Sequence record: NC_070963.1
Strand: one strand, 5' to 3'
Length of the DNA stretch: 64,000 bases
A program made the translations under genes and the position numbers. Below the pieces are notes generated by a model that worked only from the letters and a program-made list of their open reading frames with translations, was not told the origin of the DNA and did no database searches. Positions 39,327 to 50,909 of the stretch are shown here, piece by piece (position 1 is the stretch's first letter; every line of letters starts with the position of its first letter).

Positions 39327-42300
39327 ATGGCACTACTTAAGACTAATACTGGTATAGGTACAACCAATCCAACGTCTGCCTTACACGTTATTGGAGATGT
39401 ATTAGTTACTGGTGTAGTTACATCTACGACATTTAACGGAAATATTAACTCTGGGGTTGGCACTATTGTCAATCTAACCAACACACGGTTGACAAGTGGT
39501 GTTGGAACTATTACAACTCTGAACAGTAATACTGCAACAATTCTTGATATTGATAATTTGAGAATGTTGAGTGGTATTGCCACCATCACTCAAATCAACG
39601 CTACAACAATTGTATCTACTAATAATGATTTTGACCATTTAAATGCTAATTTTGGAAATATTGATGTTGGTATTGTCACAGATATTTCTGGAACAAGACT
39701 CAATTATACTGGTGTTGGTACAATTACCACACTCAATAGCACTAATTCTACATTAACCAATCTCAATAATGAGAGATTAACGAGTGGTATTGCAACTGTA
39801 ACTGACCTTATTAATACCAGATTGACAAGTGGTATTGCCACAATTACTGATTTAAATGTAACTAACTCTACATTTAATAATCTTAATGTTATTAATTTAA
39901 ATGCAGTAACTGGTGTCGTTACTGATATATCTGGTTCAAGACTGAATTATACTGGTGTTGGAACAATCACAACACTGAATAGCACTCACACTAATTTAAC
40001 TAATATTAATTCTACTGGAATTAGCACTCTTGCTGATATTAGAGCAGAACGTGTTACTGTTACTGGAATTGTAACCGCAAACTCATTCCGCCCAACGAGT
40101 GGTTATATTCAAGCAGCAGATGGAACTAATTCATTTTACATCTACAACACCACTGGTAATGTAGCGTTCCAAGGAACTATTGGTGTTAATCAAATTAACA
40201 ATGCTGGTGGATACCAGGTTCTTACTTTCAATAATATTGATACAAGACTTACTGGCAATTTAGATATTGCTGGAGTTACAACTTCTTCGGTATTTAATGG
40301 TAATATCTATTCTCTTGGTGTTTCTACTTTTAGAAATGGTCCAGTATTAATTGGAACTGGAACTTCTACAGGGACTGCATTCCAACCACTCCAAGTTACT
40401 GGTGGTGCTTATGTTTCGGATAATCTTGGATTGGGACTTATTTCCCCAACATCAAAACTGGATGTTGTTGGTGATGGTAGATTCACTGGCGTAGTTACTG
40501 CCACTACCTTTAATGGAGATATTAATGCAGGTGTCTCTACACTTGGTGTTGCAACAGCAATCAATCTAACTTCCCAACAACTGATTGTATCTGGACTATC
40601 TACATTTGTTGGAGTCACAACATTCCAAAATGATGTTTATGTTAGTGGAGACCTTTATGTTACTAATGATTTAAAATTAGATGAAATTACTGCTCGTAAT
40701 GTCAATGTAACTGGTGTTGCTACAATCTTTAATCTTGTAGGCACTGCGGCAACAATTACAACTTTTAATAATACAACTTCTACGATTACTGATTTAAGCA
40801 ACACCAGATTAACTTCTGGTATCGCTACAATTACAGATTTAAATGTAACAAACTCCACATTTAATAATCTCAATACAACTAATTTAAATGCAGTAACTGG
40901 AGTTGTTACTACACTTTCAGGTACAAATGTAACTTATACAAACTCAGACTTTATTAATCTAAATGCCAATAATGCGTTTGTTGATGTTGGTATTGTTACT
41001 GATATCTCAGGAACCAGATTAAATTATACTGGTGTTGGCACAATCACCACATTAGATACTGACACTGCAACAATTAATAATCTTTCAAGTGATTACATCA
41101 ATGTTGGTGTTGCTACTGCTACGATTCTGAATAGTGGTATTGGTACGATTACTGATTTAAACAACACAAGACTTGTAAGTGGTATCGCTACAATTACTAC
41201 ACTCAATGCGACGAATGTAGTTTCAACTAATTCTAACTTTACCAATCTAAATGCAAATAATGCTTATATCAATGTTGGTGTTGTTACGGATATTTCAGGA
41301 ACAAGATTAAATTATACTGGTGTTGGCACAATCGCAACATTAGACACTACAAATGCTACGATTGATGATATTTCTAATACCAATATAACTGTAAGTGGTA
41401 TTGCAACAATTCAAAATCTTAGTGTTTTGGGTGACTTTGATGTTTATGATACGACAGCAACTTTCCATAATAATGTCTTTATTTCCGGAAACTTAAGTAT
41501 TGGTGGTACATCATCAATAATTACTGCACAAGACTTAAATATCTTAGACAAAGAAATTACTCTCGGTGTTACAACAAACGCTTTTAATCAAGACGTTTCA
41601 AATGATATCACTGCAAATCACGGTGGTATTTCAATTGCTTCTACTCAAGGTTATCCATTAGTAGACCTTGCCCTTGCTGGATTTAGTTCTTTACCAGCAA
41701 CTTATAAGCAGTTGATGTGGGTTGCTGCCAATTCTTATGGAGTTGGAACCACTGATGCTTGGATGTTTAACTATGCAGTCGGCATTGGTTCTACACAAGT
41801 CCCCAATGATGTAAGACTTGCTGTTGGTGAAGTTCAGATTACTGACCATCAGATTAATGCAATAACTGGAGATTTTGATAGATTAATCAGTGGAATTGCT
41901 ACATTCACTGGTGCTGATATTAGTAATCTTCACTCCAATAATTTATTTGCACAATCTGGAATTATTACAGATTTAAGTGGCACCAGATTAAACTATACTG
42001 GATTTGGAACAATCGCCAATCTTTATAGTACTGATGCTTATATTGATGACATTGCTTCAAATGTTGGATTCGCAACTGCCTTTACTGCCGAAAGATTAAA
42101 TGTATCTGGTGTTGGTACAATTGCCACACTTGATAGCACGACTTCTACGATTACGAATCTGAATGTAACTAACTCAACATTCACAAATGTAAATGTAAAT
42201 AATCTTTATGCTGTTAGTGGTATTGTTACAACACTTACTAGCACTCATTCAACTCTAGAAAATATTAATTCTGCTGGAATCAGCACTCTTAATATTGTAA

Positions 42301-43949
42301 GAACGAATACTATTAATTCTAGTGGTGTTGTAACTGCTCCTACATTTGTTGGAGATTTATTAGGTGTAGCAAATTATGCTCACGTATCTGGTTATTCTAC
42401 CTTTTCTGGATACTCAAACACTTCTGGATTCTCCACATTCTCAGGATACGCAAATGCTGCTGGAGTATCTACCTTCGCAGACTATGCTAACAATGCTGGT
42501 ATAGCAACTTATGCTTGGACTGCAGGCGTCTCCACTTACTCTGGTGTTGCTGGATATTCAACGTTCTCTGGATATTCAGATACCACTGGTTTCTCAACGT
42601 TCTCTGGTTATTCTAACACATCAGGATTCTCAACTTTCTCTGGTTACTCGAACACATCTGGATTCTCAACATTCTCTAATTATTCGGATACTTCAGGGTT
42701 CTCAACCTTCTCTGGTTACGCTAACAATGCTGGCATAGCGACTTATGCCTGGACTGCTGGAGTTAGCACTTATTCTGGTGTTGCTGGAGTATCTACAAGT
42801 GTAGTTGGTGGAAATGTAGACGTATCTCAACTGAATGTAACTGGAATTACAACTCTTGGATTTGCAACAGTTTCTTCATTATATGTCACTGGATTTACTA
42901 CGATTGGTCAAGTTCAAATCAATCCATCAGGAATTATCACTTCTGCAAGTCCAGGTATTGCAACAGTTGTTTATTATGGTGATGGTTCAAATCTGATTGG
43001 TGTTAATGCATTTAATGTTATTAATCAACCATTAACATCAAATACTGTTTATCCAACATTTGCAACAAATGCTGGTGTGGCATCTGTTGGCATTTCTTCC
43101 ACACAAGTTGCTTATATCCCATCATCCAATCGTCTTGGTATTGGAACAACTAATCCAAATTATACTTTAGAAATTGTTGGTAATACTAAAGTTTCTGGTC
43201 TGACTTCTGTTACCAATCTTGAGATTTATGGAACTGTAGGTGCTGGAAATACTCTTGGAAATGATGGGCAATACTTAAAATCAACTGGTATTGGAGTCAC
43301 TTGGTCTTCTTTCCCAACCTTAAGAACGACTGGAATTACCACTGCAATTTATGGTCAGACCTCATTTAGTTTTGCTTATAATGTTGGATTCCTTGATGTT
43401 TATGTAAATGGTGTTAAATTAGCGGGAAGTGAATATACTGCTGTTAATGGTTCAACTGTAACATTACTTTCGCCAACATTTAGTGGAGATGTTGTTGAAT
43501 TTGTTTCTTATAACACATTGAGCACTGGGTCTGGTGGCGGAGGAGGAGGGTCAATATCACTTGATAATCTAACTGATGTTGAAATTACAAATCCTCAAGT
43601 TGGAGAATTACTTGGATTTAATGGAACATATTGGGTTAATGATTATACATTTACAACTACTACTGCAACAGTATCGCAAGTTCCTATTCATACAATTTCT
43701 TCAAATGATTATCGTTCCATTGAGTATATAATTCAAGTTACAAACGGAACTAACTATCATTTGACAAAATTATTAGTTCTTCACGATGGAACCACTGCAT
43801 ATAATACTGAATATGGGACACTTTCAACAGGACCAATATTGGCAACATTTGATACTGATATTAGTGGAGGAGCAATAAGACTTCTTGCAACTCCTTATAG
43901 TTCTTCAACAATAACTTACAAGATTAAGTTTACCGCAATTAAGTCCTGA
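39327..43949 (+). CDS. Long tail fibre protein (1540 aa)
   Basis: Repeated GIVTDISGTRLNYTGVGTI blocks, STFSGYS repeats, DVYVNGVKL module; TAAATA at 39301. Confidence 0.82.
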   Translation: MALLKTNTGIGTTNPTSALHVIGDVLVTGVVTSTTFNGNINSGVGTIVNLTNTRLTSGVGTITTLNSNTATILDIDNLRMLSGIATITQINATTIVSTNNDFDHLNANFGNIDVGIVTDISGTRLNYTGVGTITTLNSTNSTLTNLNNERLTSGIATVTDLINTRLTSGIATITDLNVTNSTFNNLNVINLNAVTGVVTDISGSRLNYTGVGTITTLNSTHTNLTNINSTGISTLADIRAERVTVTGIVTANSFRPTSGYIQAADGTNSFYIYNTTGNVAFQGTIGVNQINNAGGYQVLTFNNIDTRLTGNLDIAGVTTSSVFNGNIYSLGVSTFRNGPVLIGTGTSTGTAFQPLQVTGGAYVSDNLGLGLISPTSKLDVVGDGRFTGVVTATTFNGDINAGVSTLGVATAINLTSQQLIVSGLSTFVGVTTFQNDVYVSGDLYVTNDLKLDEITARNVNVTGVATIFNLVGTAATITTFNNTTSTITDLSNTRLTSGIATITDLNVTNSTFNNLNTTNLNAVTGVVTTLSGTNVTYTNSDFINLNANNAFVDVGIVTDISGTRLNYTGVGTITTLDTDTATINNLSSDYINVGVATATILNSGIGTITDLNNTRLVSGIATITTLNATNVVSTNSNFTNLNANNAYINVGVVTDISGTRLNYTGVGTIATLDTTNATIDDISNTNITVSGIATIQNLSVLGDFDVYDTTATFHNNVFISGNLSIGGTSSIITAQDLNILDKEITLGVTTNAFNQDVSNDITANHGGISIASTQGYPLVDLALAGFSSLPATYKQLMWVAANSYGVGTTDAWMFNYAVGIGSTQVPNDVRLAVGEVQITDHQINAITGDFDRLISGIATFTGADISNLHSNNLFAQSGIITDLSGTRLNYTGFGTIANLYSTDAYIDDIASNVGFATAFTAERLNVSGVGTIATLDSTTSTITNLNVTNSTFTNVNVNNLYAVSGIVTTLTSTHSTLENINSAGISTLNIVRTNTINSSGVVTAPTFVGDLLGVANYAHVSGYSTFSGYSNTSGFSTFSGYANAAGVSTFADYANNAGIATYAWTAGVSTYSGVAGYSTFSGYSDTTGFSTFSGYSNTSGFSTFSGYSNTSGFSTFSNYSDTSGFSTFSGYANNAGIATYAWTAGVSTYSGVAGVSTSVVGGNVDVSQLNVTGITTLGFATVSSLYVTGFTTIGQVQINPSGIITSASPGIATVVYYGDGSNLIGVNAFNVINQPLTSNTVYPTFATNAGVASVGISSTQVAYIPSSNRLGIGTTNPNYTLEIVGNTKVSGLTSVTNLEIYGTVGAGNTLGNDGQYLKSTGIGVTWSSFPTLRTTGITTAIYGQTSFSFAYNVGFLDVYVNGVKLAGSEYTAVNGSTVTLLSPTFSGDVVEFVSYNTLSTGSGGGGGGSISLDNLTDVEITNPQVGELLGFNGTYWVNDYTFTTTTATVSQVPIHTISSNDYRSIEYIIQVTNGTNYHLTKLLVLHDGTTAYNTEYGTLSTGPILATFDTDISGGAIRLLATPYSSSTITYKIKFTAIKS
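42370..42800 (+). repeat. In-frame 36-nt/12-aa degenerate repeats (SGYSxxxGxSTF)
   Basis: Recurrent ttctcaac(g/a/t)ttctctgg(a/t)ta units. Confidence 0.85.
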
Positions 43950-43984
43950 TAAATATTTAAAAACCAACGGGGGAAAGTGAACCT

Positions 43985-45493
43985 GTGGCAAATCAAAATT
44001 TCAAAGTCAAAAACGGACTTGAAGTAGGAACTGGTGTAACTATAAGTGCTGGTATTGTAACTGCTTCTACTTTTAGTGGAAATGCTACCAGTGCAACTTA
44101 CGCTATAACAGCAGGAGTATCAACATATTCTGGAGTATCTGGATTCTCTACGTTCTCTGGATATTCTAATGCTTCTGGAGTATCTACTTTCTCTGGATAC
44201 TCCAATGCTTCTGGAGTCTCAACGTTCTCTGGATATTCTAATGCTTCTGGAGTATCTACTTTCTCTGGATACTCTGATACCACTGGATTCTCTACATTCT
44301 CCGGATATGCAAATGCTTCTGGAGTCTCAACGTTCTCTGGATATTCTGATACTACAGGTTTCTCAACGTTCTCTGGATATTCTAATGCTTCTGGAGTATC
44401 AACTTATTCTGGAGTATCTGGATTCTCTACGTTCTCTGGATACTCTAATACCACTGGATTCTCTACGTTCTCTGGATACTCTGATACTACTGGATTTTCT
44501 ACGTTTTCTGGATACTCTAATCTTTCAGGAATATCGACTTATGCTTCTAATGCTGGAATTGCAACTACAACAACAAATATACCAAACTTAACTGGTGATA
44601 TTACTTCTAACGGAACAGCAACTTCAATTGCTTCTGGAGTTATTGTCGATGATGATATTAATGCTTCTGCCGCTATAGCAGTATCTAAACTAGCAGCATC
44701 AACAATTTCTGGAGTTACTTTAGGAAATAATTTAAGCACTCTTACTTTAAATACATCAGGAACTGGTTTATCAGGTTCCACGACTTATAATGGATCGGGT
44801 TCTGCAACATTTACTGTTGCATCAAACGCTACAAGTTCTAACACTAATTCCACAATTGTTGCAAGGGATGCTTCCGGAAACTTTAGTGCTGGAACTATAA
44901 CTGCAACGACCTTTAGTGGTTCTGGTGCATCTTTAACTTCATTAAATGCTTCTAATCTTTCTTCAGGAACAGTTCCAACAGCAACACTTGCATCCGGAAC
45001 TGCAAACTCGACAACGTATCTAAGAGGAGATCAAACTTGGGCATCCATTAGTGGTGGTGCTACATTATCAAATGACACCACAACAAACGCAACTTACTAT
45101 CCAACATTTAGTTCAACAACTTCGGGGACATATTCAACTGCATATGTTTCAAATACTAAATGCACTTTTAACCCATCAACAGGAACTTTATCAGCAACGG
45201 TATTCACGTCACTTTCTGATAGAACACAAAAAACTGATATAACTCCAATTACAGATGCGATTAAAACTGTAAAACAACTTCAAGGTGTTAAGTATAAGTG
45301 GATAGATAATCATAATAAAGAATCAATCGGTGTGATTGCTCAAGACATTGAAAAGGTATTACCGGAAGTTGTAAATCAAAATCCAGATGGACTTAAGTCA
45401 GTGTCTTATGGAAACATTGTTGGATTATTAATTGAAGCAATTAAAGAACAACAAGTTCGTATTGAAGAATTGGAGAGAAAATTAAATGCCTAA
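43985..45493 (+). CDS. Tail fibre with C-terminal intramolecular chaperone (peptidase S74)
   Basis: SDRTQK...IGVIAQD...YGNIVGLLIEAIKEQQ; GTG start. Confidence 0.88.
   Translation: MANQNFKVKNGLEVGTGVTISAGIVTASTFSGNATSATYAITAGVSTYSGVSGFSTFSGYSNASGVSTFSGYSNASGVSTFSGYSNASGVSTFSGYSDTTGFSTFSGYANASGVSTFSGYSDTTGFSTFSGYSNASGVSTYSGVSGFSTFSGYSNTTGFSTFSGYSDTTGFSTFSGYSNLSGISTYASNAGIATTTTNIPNLTGDITSNGTATSIASGVIVDDDINASAAIAVSKLAASTISGVTLGNNLSTLTLNTSGTGLSGSTTYNGSGSATFTVASNATSSNTNSTIVARDASGNFSAGTITATTFSGSGASLTSLNASNLSSGTVPTATLASGTANSTTYLRGDQTWASISGGATLSNDTTTNATYYPTFSSTTSGTYSTAYVSNTKCTFNPSTGTLSATVFTSLSDRTQKTDITPITDAIKTVKQLQGVKYKWIDNHNKESIGVIAQDIEKVLPEVVNQNPDGLKSVSYGNIVGLLIEAIKEQQVRIEELERKLNA
44085..44565 (+). 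repeat. In-frame 36-nt/12-aa tandem repeats (SGYSNASGVSTF and variants)
   Basis: About a dozen near-identical units. Confidence 0.9.
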
Positions 45494-46520
45494 TCAGTTT
45501 TTATCACCAGAGGGAGATTTAGAAACATTTAATTATTTTGTAACTGAATATTGGTTAATTGACCAGTGGGTTGGTGATACTTTGTGGACTTGGGGTGCTA
45601 ATAGTAGTGGACAACTAGGAAACAATACAACAACTATTAGATCTACTCCAGTCACAACATTCGCTGGTGGAACCAACTGGAAACAAGTTTTTTCTGGACC
45701 TGATCACACAGCAGCAATCAAAACTGATGGAACCTTATGGACTTGGGGTGGTAATTCTTTTGGACAACTAGGAAACAATACGACAACTAATAGTCCTACT
45801 CCAATTACAACATTCTCTGGTGGAACCAACTGGAAACAAGTTTCTTGTGGATTTTATCATACAGCAGCAATCAAAACTGATGGAACCTTATGGACTTGGG
45901 GTTTTAATTCTTATGGACAACTAGGAAACAATACAATAATCAATAGAACCACTCCAGTCACCACATTCGCAGGAGGATTCGACTGGAAACAAGTTTCTTG
46001 TAAAGGTTATACTGTGGCAGCAATTAAAACCGATGGAACCTTATGGACTTGGGGTTGGAATATTTATGGACAAATAGGAGATAATACATCAACCCAAAGA
46101 AATACTCCAGTCACAACACTTGCGGGAGGAACCAACTGGAAACAAGTTTTTTGTGGAGAATTTTATAATCAAGCAATCAAAACTGATGGAACCTTATGGG
46201 GATGGGGTTTTAATGTTTTTGGACAACTAGGAAACAATACAACAACCGATAGATCTACTCCAGTCACGACATTTGCTGGTGGAAACAACTGGAAACAAGT
46301 TTCTGCTGCAGCGTTTCATACAGCAGCAATCAAAACTGATGGAACCCTATGGATTTGGGGTAATAATAATAATGGAAACTTAGGAAACAATACATCAACC
46401 GATAGAATAACTCCAGTCACAACATTTGCAGGAGGAACCAACTGGAAACAAGTTTGTAGCGCCGGTAATAATACAACAGTAGTTACATCAGGAACTGATC
46501 CTACATTCTTCATCTCATAA
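45486..46520 (+). CDS. RCC1/BLIP-II repeat beta-propeller A (6 repeats)
   Basis: 51-aa units LWTWGxNxxGQLG...TNWKQV...[10 protein letters not shown]. Confidence 0.9.
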   Translation: MPNQFLSPEGDLETFNYFVTEYWLIDQWVGDTLWTWGANSSGQLGNNTTTIRSTPVTTFAGGTNWKQVFSGPDHTAAIKTDGTLWTWGGNSFGQLGNNTTTNSPTPITTFSGGTNWKQVSCGFYHTAAIKTDGTLWTWGFNSYGQLGNNTIINRTTPVTTFAGGFDWKQVSCKGYTVAAIKTDGTLWTWGWNIYGQIGDNTSTQRNTPVTTLAGGTNWKQVFCGEFYNQAIKTDGTLWGWGFNVFGQLGNNTTTDRSTPVTTFAGGNNWKQVSAAAFHTAAIKTDGTLWIWGNNNNGNLGNNTSTDRITPVTTFAGGTNWKQVCSAGNNTTVVTSGTDPTFFIS

Positions 46521-46537
46521 ATATTTCAAAAAGTCAT

Positions 46538-47182
46538 ATGTACGCACTTGTTAATGGTCAAGAATTAAGATTAGGACCAATCGCATTCAACTATAGAATG
46601 ATTAATGATGAACTAGAAGAACTTGAAGTTGATTTCAGAGTGACTTCGCAAAGTTATCAATCAGTACCTATTTCAATTACTGAAGACATTAAGATTCTTC
46701 CAGCAAGATATGATAATCCAGAACACGATTCAAAATTTGAATATCTTTCAAATGTCACTCACGAAATTACAGAGACTGAAGTTATTTTTAGACACGATAA
46801 AGTTTCAAAGTCACTTTATCAAATCAAGGACGAATATAAAGCAGGAGTAAAACCAGAGAGACAAAGAAGAGAAAATACTACAATTACCGTAACAATACAA
46901 GATACAGAACTTACTGTATCAACAAGTAGAGAAAGTAGATTAGAATTCATTTCTAAACTATTTGGAAATGATGGACCTTACAACTTTAAGTTTGATAGTG
47001 GTGTTTGGTTAGAAATTACTAAAGTAGATTTAGAATACATAATTTCTCAAATTGATGCAAAAGTTCAGGAAGCATTTGATTGGGAACTTGCAAAACTTGC
47101 AGAGATTGATGCTTGTGTAGATGGTGAAGCAGTTTATGCAGTTGAAATTACTCCACCTCCAGTAGAAAGACCTGTAATTTAA
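46538..47182 (+). CDS. DUF4376-like tail-fibre-assembly protein
   Basis: VKPERQRRE...STSRESR...VQEAFDWE pattern; position among fibre genes. Confidence 0.6.
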   Translation: MYALVNGQELRLGPIAFNYRMINDELEELEVDFRVTSQSYQSVPISITEDIKILPARYDNPEHDSKFEYLSNVTHEITETEVIFRHDKVSKSLYQIKDEYKAGVKPERQRRENTTITVTIQDTELTVSTSRESRLEFISKLFGNDGPYNFKFDSGVWLEITKVDLEYIISQIDAKVQEAFDWELAKLAEIDACVDGEAVYAVEITPPPVERPVI

Positions 47183-47183
47183 A

Positions 47184-48401
47184 ATGCCCTATCAACCAAC
47201 TCTTAATTTTAAAACTTCTAGTGGAACTGATTTAGGTAATCTAGGATGGATTACCAAAGAATACTTGATGAGTGTTTATCCACAAATTGCTGGTCAATTA
47301 ATTACTCCGGAATTATGGACTTGGGGTCGTAATTCTTTTGGAGCACTAGGAAACAATACAACCACCAATAGTAACACTCCAATCACTACATTCTCTGGAG
47401 GAGCAAACTGGAAACAAGTTGCTTCTGGAGGTTATTATGTAGCAGCAATCAAAACCGATGGAACCCTATGGACTTGGGGTCGTAATCAATATGCACAACT
47501 AGGAGACAATACAACAACCAATAGATCCACTCCAGTCACAACATTCGCAGGAGGAACTAACTGGAAACAAGTTGCTTGTGGTGCTAATCATACAGTAGCA
47601 ATCAAAACTGATGGAACCTTATGGATTTGGGGTCAAAATACTATTGGACAACTCGGAGACAATACAATAGTCAATAGATCCACTCCAGTCACAACATTCG
47701 CAGGAGGAACCAACTGGAAACAAGTTGCTAGTGGATTACATACAGCAGCAATTAAAACTGATGGTACTTTATGGGTTTGGGGTGACGGTGCTAATGGACA
47801 ATTGGGAAATACTCTTAATAGACCTGTAAGTACTCCAATCACAACATTTGCTGGAGGAACTAATTGGAAACAGATAAGTTGTGGTTATCAACATACAGCA
47901 GCAATCAAGACTGATGGAACTTTATGGACTTGGGGTCAAAATATTTTTAGTTTTTTTCAATTAGGAATCAATGATTCCGTATCTAGAAATACTCCAGTCA
48001 CAACATTTGCGGGAGGAACCAACTGGAAACAAATTGGTTGTGGACGCCAATATACAGCAGCAATCAAGACTGATGGAACCTTATGGACTTGGGGTCAAAA
48101 TAGCAATGGACAACTAGGAGACAATACAACAACTGCAAGATGCACTCCAGTCACAACATTCGCAGGAGGAACCAACTGGAAACAAGTTTCTGGTGGAGGT
48201 TTTCATACAGCAGCAATCAAAACTGATGGAACTTTATGGACTTGGGGTAGTAATGCTTATGGACAATTAGGAAACAATACAACAACCCAAAGAAACGCCC
48301 CAGTCACAACATTTGTAGGAGGAACCAACTGGAAACAAGTTTCTGGTGGAAGTTCTCACACAACAGCAATAAGAACTTCGGACGATTTACAAGGTATCTA
48401 A
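47184..48401 (+). CDS. RCC1/BLIP-II repeat beta-propeller B (7 repeats)
   Basis: Same 51-aa unit. Confidence 0.9.
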   Translation: MPYQPTLNFKTSSGTDLGNLGWITKEYLMSVYPQIAGQLITPELWTWGRNSFGALGNNTTTNSNTPITTFSGGANWKQVASGGYYVAAIKTDGTLWTWGRNQYAQLGDNTTTNRSTPVTTFAGGTNWKQVACGANHTVAIKTDGTLWIWGQNTIGQLGDNTIVNRSTPVTTFAGGTNWKQVASGLHTAAIKTDGTLWVWGDGANGQLGNTLNRPVSTPITTFAGGTNWKQISCGYQHTAAIKTDGTLWTWGQNIFSFFQLGINDSVSRNTPVTTFAGGTNWKQIGCGRQYTAAIKTDGTLWTWGQNSNGQLGDNTTTARCTPVTTFAGGTNWKQVSGGGFHTAAIKTDGTLWTWGSNAYGQLGNNTTTQRNAPVTTFVGGTNWKQVSGGSSHTTAIRTSDDLQGI

Positions 48402-48437
48402 TATCTGATATAATACTTCTATATCATACTCAAAAAT

Positions 48438-49787
48438 ATGAACCCACTTGAACTCGTTGCAAAGACACTATATTCATTTAAAGAACAGCAATTAACTTTT
48501 GAACTGCTTGATGCTTTTGGAAAACAAGCACAAGTATTTTCACAATATGATGAGATTGCAAAGATTTTTTTTGAACTTCGTAATTTTTCTAAAGCAATTG
48601 AGTATGGTGAAAAGTCTCTTAAATTAGCACAGACAAAAGAAGAAAAATATGTAACAGCAAAGAACCTAATTAATGCTTATAATCAATCAAACTATCCAGA
48701 AAAATCCATAACACAGATTGAAAAACTAAAGAAACAAAATCCTCAAGATACTGAACTTCTTCTAGAAGAAACCTTTGCGTATTCTGCTATTAATCAAAAG
48801 GAAAAGTCGGAGAAACTGCTATTCAATCTTCTTCAACGAAAACTACCAGAAGAGATTGAAAGAAAGGCATATCATAATCTATCAGGTCATTATTTTCGTA
48901 AAGATGACCTTCATACAGGACTTCAACACTTTCTCAAAGCAGGAGAAGTAGAGGCATATAAGAATCAAAAACATCCTGATTTTGAAAAGTGGGATGGAAC
49001 TGTAACTCAAGGAAGAACTATTATTGTAGATAATCAATGTGGTGCTGGTGATGAGGTGATTCACGTTCGGTTTATGAAGAACCTCAAAGACTTGGGAATG
49101 AAACCAATCTGGAGTTCCACTCGTAGAGAACTTGTAGAACTCTTCAAACATAATGGTTATGATGCCGTTTGTATTTGGGACAAACCAGAGTTTCCAAAAG
49201 ATGCCTGTTGGGTTTATGGTCTTGCACTTCCTTATTATCTTAATTTGGAACTCAAAGATATGGGAAGAGAACCTTATCTTTCAACACTTCCAGAGTTTGA
49301 TAAGAAATGGGAATGGATGAAAGAAGATACTGGGTATAAGGTTGGTATGTTCTGGGCGTCTAGTTCTGGATTTGAACAGAACTCTTTCAGGTCAGTAGAA
49401 CTTAAAGATTATATGAGTGTTCTGGGAAACAAAGGATACTCATTGTATTCACTTCAAACTTATACTGACAATAAGGATGCAAATGAGTATCCAGAAATCA
49501 AACAGTCACTGTCAGTCAAGGGTAGAGAGTTTGCTGACACATTCTCTATAATTAAGAACCTTGATTTAGTTGTGACTTCTTGTAGTTTTGTTGCTCACGT
49601 TGCAGCATCTATGGGTAAAGAAGTTTGTGTTTTTGTTCCAATTATGGAATATTATGTTTGGACTTCTTCTACAGGAAAATGTATGTGGTATGGAGATAAC
49701 GTTCATCTCTTCCGTCAAAAGAAACCAAGAACTTGGGATGCACCCATTAAAGAGTTTTGGGAGTTTATGAATGATAGAAGAGTATAA
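48438..49787 (+). CDS. TPR-repeat protein fused to a GT9-like glycosyltransferase domain
   Basis: Helical TPR-like N-terminus; QCGAGDEVIHVRF; DLVVTSCSFVAHVAASMGK. Confidence 0.78.
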   Translation: MNPLELVAKTLYSFKEQQLTFELLDAFGKQAQVFSQYDEIAKIFFELRNFSKAIEYGEKSLKLAQTKEEKYVTAKNLINAYNQSNYPEKSITQIEKLKKQNPQDTELLLEETFAYSAINQKEKSEKLLFNLLQRKLPEEIERKAYHNLSGHYFRKDDLHTGLQHFLKAGEVEAYKNQKHPDFEKWDGTVTQGRTIIVDNQCGAGDEVIHVRFMKNLKDLGMKPIWSSTRRELVELFKHNGYDAVCIWDKPEFPKDACWVYGLALPYYLNLELKDMGREPYLSTLPEFDKKWEWMKEDTGYKVGMFWASSSGFEQNSFRSVELKDYMSVLGNKGYSLYSLQTYTDNKDANEYPEIKQSLSVKGREFADTFSIIKNLDLVVTSCSFVAHVAASMGKEVCVFVPIMEYYVWTSSTGKCMWYGDNVHLFRQKKPRTWDAPIKEFWEFMNDRRV

Positions 49788-50229
49788 TTTATCCTTCCTC
49801 AACCTCAATTCCATCAAGAACAAACTTTTACAAATACAGACCGCTTCTCACGGTCTTGTGACAAAAGGTGTTTCTACTTATAATCACGGAATGCCTGTTC
49901 TAATGTATCCAGAACTGATAGGATTAAAAACGATTATCAAAGAATATATTATAATCTATTGTGAGAAGTATAATATTCCACCACTGGAGTTTATCAATAG
50001 TTGGTTTAATATTTCACAATCAGGAAATAAACTCAAAGCACATAAGCACGAAGAGAGTATTGTTAGTGGAGCATTTTATATTTCTGGAAGAACACCTTTG
50101 ATTTTTCCAGATGTATCAATTCAACCTTATCCGGGTTTATTAGTTATTTTCTCAAGCGATTTGGTTCATTATACAGAAGAAGAAACAGAAGAAAGAATTG
50201 TGATTAGTTTTAATACAGATTACCTATGA
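49771..50229 (+). CDS. 2OG-Fe(II) oxygenase-like protein
   Basis: WFN...HKH...SGAFY...LVIFSSDLVH...RIVISFN. Confidence 0.75.
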   Translation: MIEEYNLSFLNLNSIKNKLLQIQTASHGLVTKGVSTYNHGMPVLMYPELIGLKTIIKEYIIIYCEKYNIPPLEFINSWFNISQSGNKLKAHKHEESIVSGAFYISGRTPLIFPDVSIQPYPGLLVIFSSDLVHYTEEETEERIVISFNTDYL

Positions 50230-50909
50230 GATTTCATACCTTTTATACGAAAAACCTTCCAGAACAATTAATTACAGACCACAAAAGAGTTTGTGATTGT
50301 ATTGGCATTGATGTGACTTATCATATTCAAGATGCAATAGATGATTATGATACTCTTTATACTGCTCACGGAAAGTTTATGACTTCTGTGATGGAGCAAG
50401 AAGAAGTTGCTTGCTTCTTAGATATTGATTGTCTCCCACATAGTAAAGAACTCCTAGAAAAAGCATACAACTGGGCAGTAGAAAATAAATCTTTTGTTGG
50501 CAATGCTCAAAACATTTCTCATACGCAAATGAGAAATCATATCTATGCTGCTGCTTCTTGTTTGATTATCACTAAAGATGCTTGGAATAATTTGGGAAAT
50601 CCAGATTTTACTTGGTTTATGCAAAATGAAATTCAAATAGATACAGCACAAATTCTAACTTTAAGAGCAGACCAGATTGGAATGCCTTATCAATTAATGT
50701 ATCCAGTTGGTTATGATGGTCCAGAAGAATACAAACTTTCTGGATATGGAATGTATGGAACAGGAACTTTATATCCAGCAACTTGGCATTATTTTAGAAT
50801 CAGTAAGTTCAAAAATCAAATACCAGACCTTTGGACAACACGAGTAAATAATATATTAGAAAATCAAAAAATCATTTCAAATCATTCTTCGTGTTTTTAT
50901 GAATTATAA
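50226..50909 (+). CDS. GT-A-like hypothetical protein
   Basis: FLDIDCLP DxD motif. Confidence 0.55.
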   Translation: MRFHTFYTKNLPEQLITDHKRVCDCIGIDVTYHIQDAIDDYDTLYTAHGKFMTSVMEQEEVACFLDIDCLPHSKELLEKAYNWAVENKSFVGNAQNISHTQMRNHIYAAASCLIITKDAWNNLGNPDFTWFMQNEIQIDTAQILTLRADQIGMPYQLMYPVGYDGPEEYKLSGYGMYGTGTLYPATWHYFRISKFKNQIPDLWTTRVNNILENQKIISNHSSCFYEL

